The notes beneath the pieces are model-generated. The model ran no database searches. It saw nothing but the letters and a program-made list of their open reading frames with translations, and was not told the origin of the DNA. From positions 1 through 64,000 of IMG/VR virus record IMGVR_UViG_2775506840_000002: DNA of 64,000 nucleotides; one strand, 5' to 3'. Shown here piece after piece: positions 59,674 through 64,000 of the stretch. Numbering within the stretch: the stretch's first letter is position 1; each line of letters opens with the position of its first letter. This DNA is from a virus (taxonomy: Duplodnaviria > Caudoviricetes). Made by a program: the position numbers and the translations under genes.

Positions 59674-60311
59674 TAGATCAACACCACCGTTCCTTTAACT
59701 AGGTCCATGCCCTTATGCTGGTCTACTTTATTCGTTTTTGCTATAGCATTGGCATTACTCATGCTACCAGTAGCTTTTTTCGCTACCGTATACATGTTAT
59801 CCCCTTTTTGAGCTTTTTGTGTAGAAGGTATAGGTTTAGTTTCTCTTTTAGTTGCTGGAACAGTAATTTTAGCACCATTAGAGGTTGTAATTTCTGTAGG
59901 TTTAACTTGCTTTGTAAAGACATATTCCCTAAGTTCTAGCACAAAGTAAACATCTCTAGTCCCATCTTGTTCTGAAAATGTAAAGTTCTCAATAGTCATG
60001 GCATAATTAACCGATGTTCCTGTAATAATTAACCGGATAGGTTTACCTGAATCCCTCCACTTTTGAATCATCTTTACACATTCATAAGGTTTAGGAAATC
60101 CTGTATACTTACAAAAATAATATTCCTGTGCGGGGAAAAAGCTTGATAGTGAAATGGATGCAAGGCCTTTTTTACCTATCAAGTTTATTTCTCCTAGTGA
60201 ATTTATATTGATAACGGTATTATTATGTCTTTGTGATAATTCAAATTCACCAGGTATAACAGGCAATCTTAATTGTTCTTCATTGTTGTTATATGATAAA
60301 TAAAAGTCCAT
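59673..60311 (-). CDS. XkdP-like LysM tail protein
   Basis: LRLPVIP, SSFFP and C-terminal LysM-like segment. Confidence 0.85.
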   Translation of the reverse strand: MDFYLSYNNNEEQLRLPVIPGEFELSQRHNNTVININSLGEINLIGKKGLASISLSSFFPAQEYYFCKYTGFPKPYECVKMIQKWRDSGKPIRLIITGTSVNYAMTIENFTFSEQDGTRDVYFVLELREYVFTKQVKPTEITTSNGAKITVPATKRETKPIPSTQKAQKGDNMYTVAKKATGSMSNANAIAKTNKVDQHKGMDLVKGTVVLI

Positions 60312-60320
60312 ACGCTCCTC

Positions 60321-62384
60321 CTATCCCATTGATGTATTCATTGAATGCTTTGCTAGATTCATATATAAAAGGTTAGCCACCTTCTCGATATCTGCTTCTT
60401 CTCTTACAGTCATTGAAGCTATATTTATATTAACGCCACCTGAAACTTTTGCATTATCTTCTTGATCTGCTTGCACTTTTGTTTTTATTCGTTCACCTTC
60501 ATGCACACGCACAAGCATATCATTTCTTGGCACTCTATCTAATCCTGTGGCATATCCAGCAACCGACTTAGTGTCTATACCTCCAAAAGTATTTGTCCCA
60601 TTGCCTGTAAATTTATCTTTAAATTTTTGTACAAATGTTCCATGCTCTTTCGTAAGTTCAGAAACCTGCGGGGAATAAAGTCCAGAGGCTGTTAATTTTT
60701 CAATAACACTTGCATAACCCTCTGAAAATTTCTCAGCCATCTTTTCTCCAAATATAAGATATTCATTATTAAGTGCTACATCCTCTTGGATATTTTGAAT
60801 AACATTCATTTGTGACTCTCTTAACTTCTGCATACCCTCGCCCTTTTGATAATTCACTTCGGCTTCTGTCTTTGCACTAAAGATAATTTCACCCATTTTG
60901 GCACCATCACCAGCTGCTTCTGCTTCTGAGAATTCACTTGTTTTCATAGCATTATTAATAGCATCTACAATACTTTTTTGATGTTGATTCTCTAAATCTG
61001 CTTGGAATTCACCTATTAAACTATAAGCTTTTTCCATTTCTTCCCGCATGGGACCATTTAATATGCCTAGTTCTTGTTCAATACCCTCTTTACGCTTTTC
61101 TGTATAGCCTTTGCCCATTGCACTATCTAGCTGTGCCCATGAATCACTTAATGTAGATACTAGACCTGAGTAAGTTTCTGACTGTTTAGCCATATTGCCT
61201 TCAAACTCTTTACCCATTGCATCTACAATGATTTGAGAAGCTTTAGCACCATCTATAGTGCCTTTGCTAATCATTTCATAAATCTCTTTATTAGATTTGC
61301 CAAGTGCTTCTGCTAAATAATCTATAGCAGGGATTGCTCTTTCCGAAAGCTGATTAATATATTCCAAACTTGTTTTTCCGCTAGATTTCATTCGGCCCAA
61401 TGCTGTTGCTACAACATTTTGCCCCTCTTTATCTATATCTAAGGCACTCGATGCATCTCCTATCTTTGTCATGAAAGGTATGATTTCTTCTTGCTTATAC
61501 TTATAACTTAGCAATACTTTCGATGTATCTAATAAATCATTCATTTCAAAAGGCGTCTTTGCGCTAAACTGTTGAATGTCCTTTAAAAACTTATCTGCAT
61601 GCTCAGCTCCGCCAAGTAATGTCCCATATGAAATCATATCGGTTTCACGTTTTGCTGCTAGACCTCGTCCATTTACTAGACTTTCTTCTTGCTCTTCATT
61701 AAATTTTTGATAAATGCGTTGTACTTCTCCAGTAAAGTTTTCATCTTGTCTTTGTCGCTTCTCTGTTCCAGATGTTATACCTCCAGCAAGTCCACCTACT
61801 GCTGCTCCTATTGCAATACCAGCTGGTCCTGCTACTGATCCTAGTGCAGCCCCTGTTGCAGCACCCCCAACAACGCCATTAATCATGCTACCTGTGTTCA
61901 CACCGAACATAGAGGTTATTTCTTGACTAATTCTTCCAGTAAAAGCATTCCCTATCATACCTGCTAGACCAGCACTCGCTATACTCTTCAACCAAGAAGA
62001 TTGTTGCCCCTCCATTGTTTTATTAAAATTCTTGGACTTGTTCATATCATCCATTAGTTGCTTTTCTGCTTTGCTTGCTTCTTTGGCTGCTTGTGATAAT
62101 CTTCTATATTCTTCTTGCAAATCTTCAAGAGCACGTTGCTTCTCTTTAAAAGCTTGTTCAGAACCTGAAACATTCTCTTTTACTGCTTTTTCAAGTTCCT
62201 TAAGCTCTTGCTTTGCTTTAGTCATATCAAATTTAACTTCAGTTCTTTTATCAAATGCTTGTGATTGTATTTTCCTATACTCTGATACATCCCTAGATAA
62301 TCCACCTACAGACTTTCGCATAGATTGAACTGAATGTGTCAAATTATCACTAGCTTTAAATGCTATGGATACGTCTTTGCTCAC
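60321..62384 (-). CDS. Tape measure protein (XkdO-like)
   Basis: FSAKTPFE tape-measure domain; YATG..VHEGE. Confidence 0.88.
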   Translation of the reverse strand: MSKDVSIAFKASDNLTHSVQSMRKSVGGLSRDVSEYRKIQSQAFDKRTEVKFDMTKAKQELKELEKAVKENVSGSEQAFKEKQRALEDLQEEYRRLSQAAKEASKAEKQLMDDMNKSKNFNKTMEGQQSSWLKSIASAGLAGMIGNAFTGRISQEITSMFGVNTGSMINGVVGGAATGAALGSVAGPAGIAIGAAVGGLAGGITSGTEKRQRQDENFTGEVQRIYQKFNEEQEESLVNGRGLAAKRETDMISYGTLLGGAEHADKFLKDIQQFSAKTPFEMNDLLDTSKVLLSYKYKQEEIIPFMTKIGDASSALDIDKEGQNVVATALGRMKSSGKTSLEYINQLSERAIPAIDYLAEALGKSNKEIYEMISKGTIDGAKASQIIVDAMGKEFEGNMAKQSETYSGLVSTLSDSWAQLDSAMGKGYTEKRKEGIEQELGILNGPMREEMEKAYSLIGEFQADLENQHQKSIVDAINNAMKTSEFSEAEAAGDGAKMGEIIFSAKTEAEVNYQKGEGMQKLRESQMNVIQNIQEDVALNNEYLIFGEKMAEKFSEGYASVIEKLTASGLYSPQVSELTKEHGTFVQKFKDKFTGNGTNTFGGIDTKSVAGYATGLDRVPRNDMLVRVHEGERIKTKVQADQEDNAKVSGGVNINIASMTVREEADIEKVANLLYMNLAKHSMNTSMG

Positions 62385-62558
62385 CTTCCCCCTCCTTTTT
62401 ATAGATTTACCAAGGCCTTTGTCTACTTTCAACTTCTATTATGTACATTGCTCTTAAAATCTTAAGTTCACCAGCTGGCATATTGTATACTTTGGAAGGC
62501 TCCCACCCATGCTTCACCCATGCATAGTACATAAGGTTAGCTATTGTATTGCCTTCCT

Positions 62559-62945
62559 CTAGAAGTTTTTTACTTCTTTTACTACATCTCTTCCATAACC
62601 ACTCAATGTATTGATTTCCAAGAAAAGTGAATATACTTCGCCCGGTTTTAAGATTTTTTTAAGTAAGTCTTTAGGTGTAGATGCTCCAAACTTATCCATC
62701 AATTCTTTGTTGTTAAACCTTTTACCTTCAATCCTGCATGATTCAATCACAGTATTGTATTTTGTTTCTGTATGGTTGTTACTAATTTCACTCACATGAT
62801 CAACCTGTTCATCTGTAAGTGCATGGCAAGTAATTACAAACTTTTCACCAAGTATCTTAGACAATCTTTTAATTTCATAATCTTTCTTGTTATTCTCTTC
62901 AAACTTTTTTGCATCTGTTTCCAATAATAAATCAATAATACTCAT
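62559..62945 (-). CDS. Tail assembly chaperone (XkdN-like); predicted -1 frameshift at A AAA AAC (62565-62571) extends it to 62407
   Basis: LKPGE..LSGY..VKN end; -1 frame reads KKLLEEGN..MYYAWVKHGWEPS.. Confidence 0.85.
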   Translation of the reverse strand: MSIIDLLLETDAKKFEENNKKDYEIKRLSKILGEKFVITCHALTDEQVDHVSEISNNHTETKYNTVIESCRIEGKRFNNKELMDKFGASTPKDLLKKILKPGEVYSLFLEINTLSGYGRDVVKEVKNF

Positions 62946-62985
62946 ATCTGCCTCCTTATATTTAGAAGGCTAGGAATTCCTAGCC

Positions 62986-63426
62986 TTATTCTGGTTGAAT
63001 GATATCTAAATAATCCCAATCTGTAAAAGTAAAGTTTTGTGTAATCGTTCCAATTTGATTAGCTGTCCAGTCTGCAAGTGTAAGTGTACTAAACTGACAA
63101 TCTTTTAATACTACCCTTTCAGCGCCTTCTGCATCTGGATCGTCTAATTTACTAATAATAGTAAACACTGGTGTTTTGCCCTTTTTAATCATATCTGAAA
63201 GCTTAATGGCCATACGTGAATTGGTTTTTGTCATTGTGATTGATCCATTTCCATTGGAACCACTTACTTTTTTATGCTTACTTAATGTTCCACACATCGG
63301 AACATCTAAAAAATCTAATGAGATTTCTGCTTTTAATCCAGTAGCTTCACGTACTAACTCACCTTCTAACCAAACTTCTCCAAATGTACCATTAATAGCT
63401 TTTCTTGCATCATACCCTTTGCGCAT
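62986..63426 (-). CDS. Tail tube protein (XkdM-like)
   Basis: INGTFGEVW, KLDDPDA.GAER and FTFTDW motifs. Confidence 0.9.
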   Translation of the reverse strand: MRKGYDARKAINGTFGEVWLEGELVREATGLKAEISLDFLDVPMCGTLSKHKKVSGSNGNGSITMTKTNSRMAIKLSDMIKKGKTPVFTIISKLDDPDAEGAERVVLKDCQFSTLTLADWTANQIGTITQNFTFTDWDYLDIIQPE

Positions 63427-63440
63427 ATATACTCACCACC

Positions 63441-64000
63441 TTAAATATTGAAATTAATTTTAATGTCTTCTATTGCATTAAGAATTTTAAAGTTAGATGC
63501 CAAGAACACAAACGTCTGTGTATTAGCCTCTTTGATTTCTTTTTCTGACATATCATCTACTAGTTGCCCTTTACCTTTTAGATAATTGATTTGTGCCTCC
63601 ATATCAATACCTGTAGTAATATTTTCATCCAACAACTCATCATTTCTAAGCGCCTCTAAGTAGGCTTGAATAGATACAATCAAGTTACATTTGTTGTCAT
63701 AGTTATTGGCAAACTTCCCAATATAGCTATCTTCGCATGTTCTGCGAATATCTGAATAGATTAGATCCATAATATCTACAATCTTAATAGATTTATAATC
63801 CTCACTCTTAGTTGCTCCTACAGTTGTTAAACTGTTTACAGCTCTACCTACTTTTACCTTTTCGCCATCATGGAAAATAATAAATTCTCCTGCATCAATT
63901 TTCTTGTCTAGATCTGACTTTATAAACTTTGGCACATCGTCAACCTCTGATAGATGATAATAGGTAGCACTTTGCTGCAATGGTGTACCAGCTAATAGTC
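63441..64000 (-). CDS. Tail sheath protein (XkdK-like), 3' part
   Basis: RAVNSLTT, IKIVDIMD, YIGK..N and NAIEDI motifs; ORF runs off the window. Confidence 0.85.
   Translation of the reverse strand, partial: LLAGTPLQQSATYYHLSEVDDVPKFIKSDLDKKIDAGEFIIFHDGEKVKVGRAVNSLTTVGATKSEDYKSIKIVDIMDLIYSDIRRTCEDSYIGKFANNYDNKCNLIVSIQAYLEALRNDELLDENITTGIDMEAQINYLKGKGQLVDDMSEKEIKEANTQTFVFLASNFKILNAIEDIKINFNI

Larger units (their letters stand above)
46052..64000. mobile_element. Prophage 2 (PBSX/Xkd-like contractile tail) inserted in spoVFB; continues beyond window
   Basis: Cargo, lysis and tail modules begin at the dpaB break. Confidence 0.85.

Noticed and set aside
51985-64000. Stand-alone tailocin (PBSX/diffocin-like)
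   Set aside because: Cannot be decided because the head region would lie outside the window; the att-like junction in dpaB and the cargo genes favour an integrated prophage
1-64000. tRNA, rRNA or IS elements
   Set aside because: None recognised by eye; small RNAs could be missed without covariance search

Overview
Low-GC spore-forming Clostridia chromosome segment made almost entirely of two adjacent prophages. Prophage 1 runs from before position 1 to about 45619. It has lambda-like head and packaging genes, a P2-like contractile tail, a DUF4373/DnaC/RecT replication module, a CI/Cro/ImmA switch and a large serine recombinase, and it ends inside the 3' end of spoVFA/dpaA. Only about 430 bp of host DNA follows (dpaA 3' end plus dpaB 5' part). 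spoVFB/dpaB is then broken at about 46052 by prophage 2, which has a PBSX/Xkd-like tail, an amidase endolysin and defence-like cargo, and continues past the window. Main observations: (i) both genes of the dipicolinate synthase operon appear split by separate prophages; (ii) three divergent non-coding copies of the iteron-like segment of the phage initiator gene sit between the late promoter and terminase, next to a duplicated structured RNA-terminator unit; (iii) a modular tail-fibre cassette is shared by the two unrelated tails; (iv) there is much toxin/defence-like cargo (orphan Ntox21-type RNase, type I toxin-like cassette, HEPN-like, HNH, SRA-HNH, TPR-DUF2971). All calls come from reading the sequence; no database searches were run.
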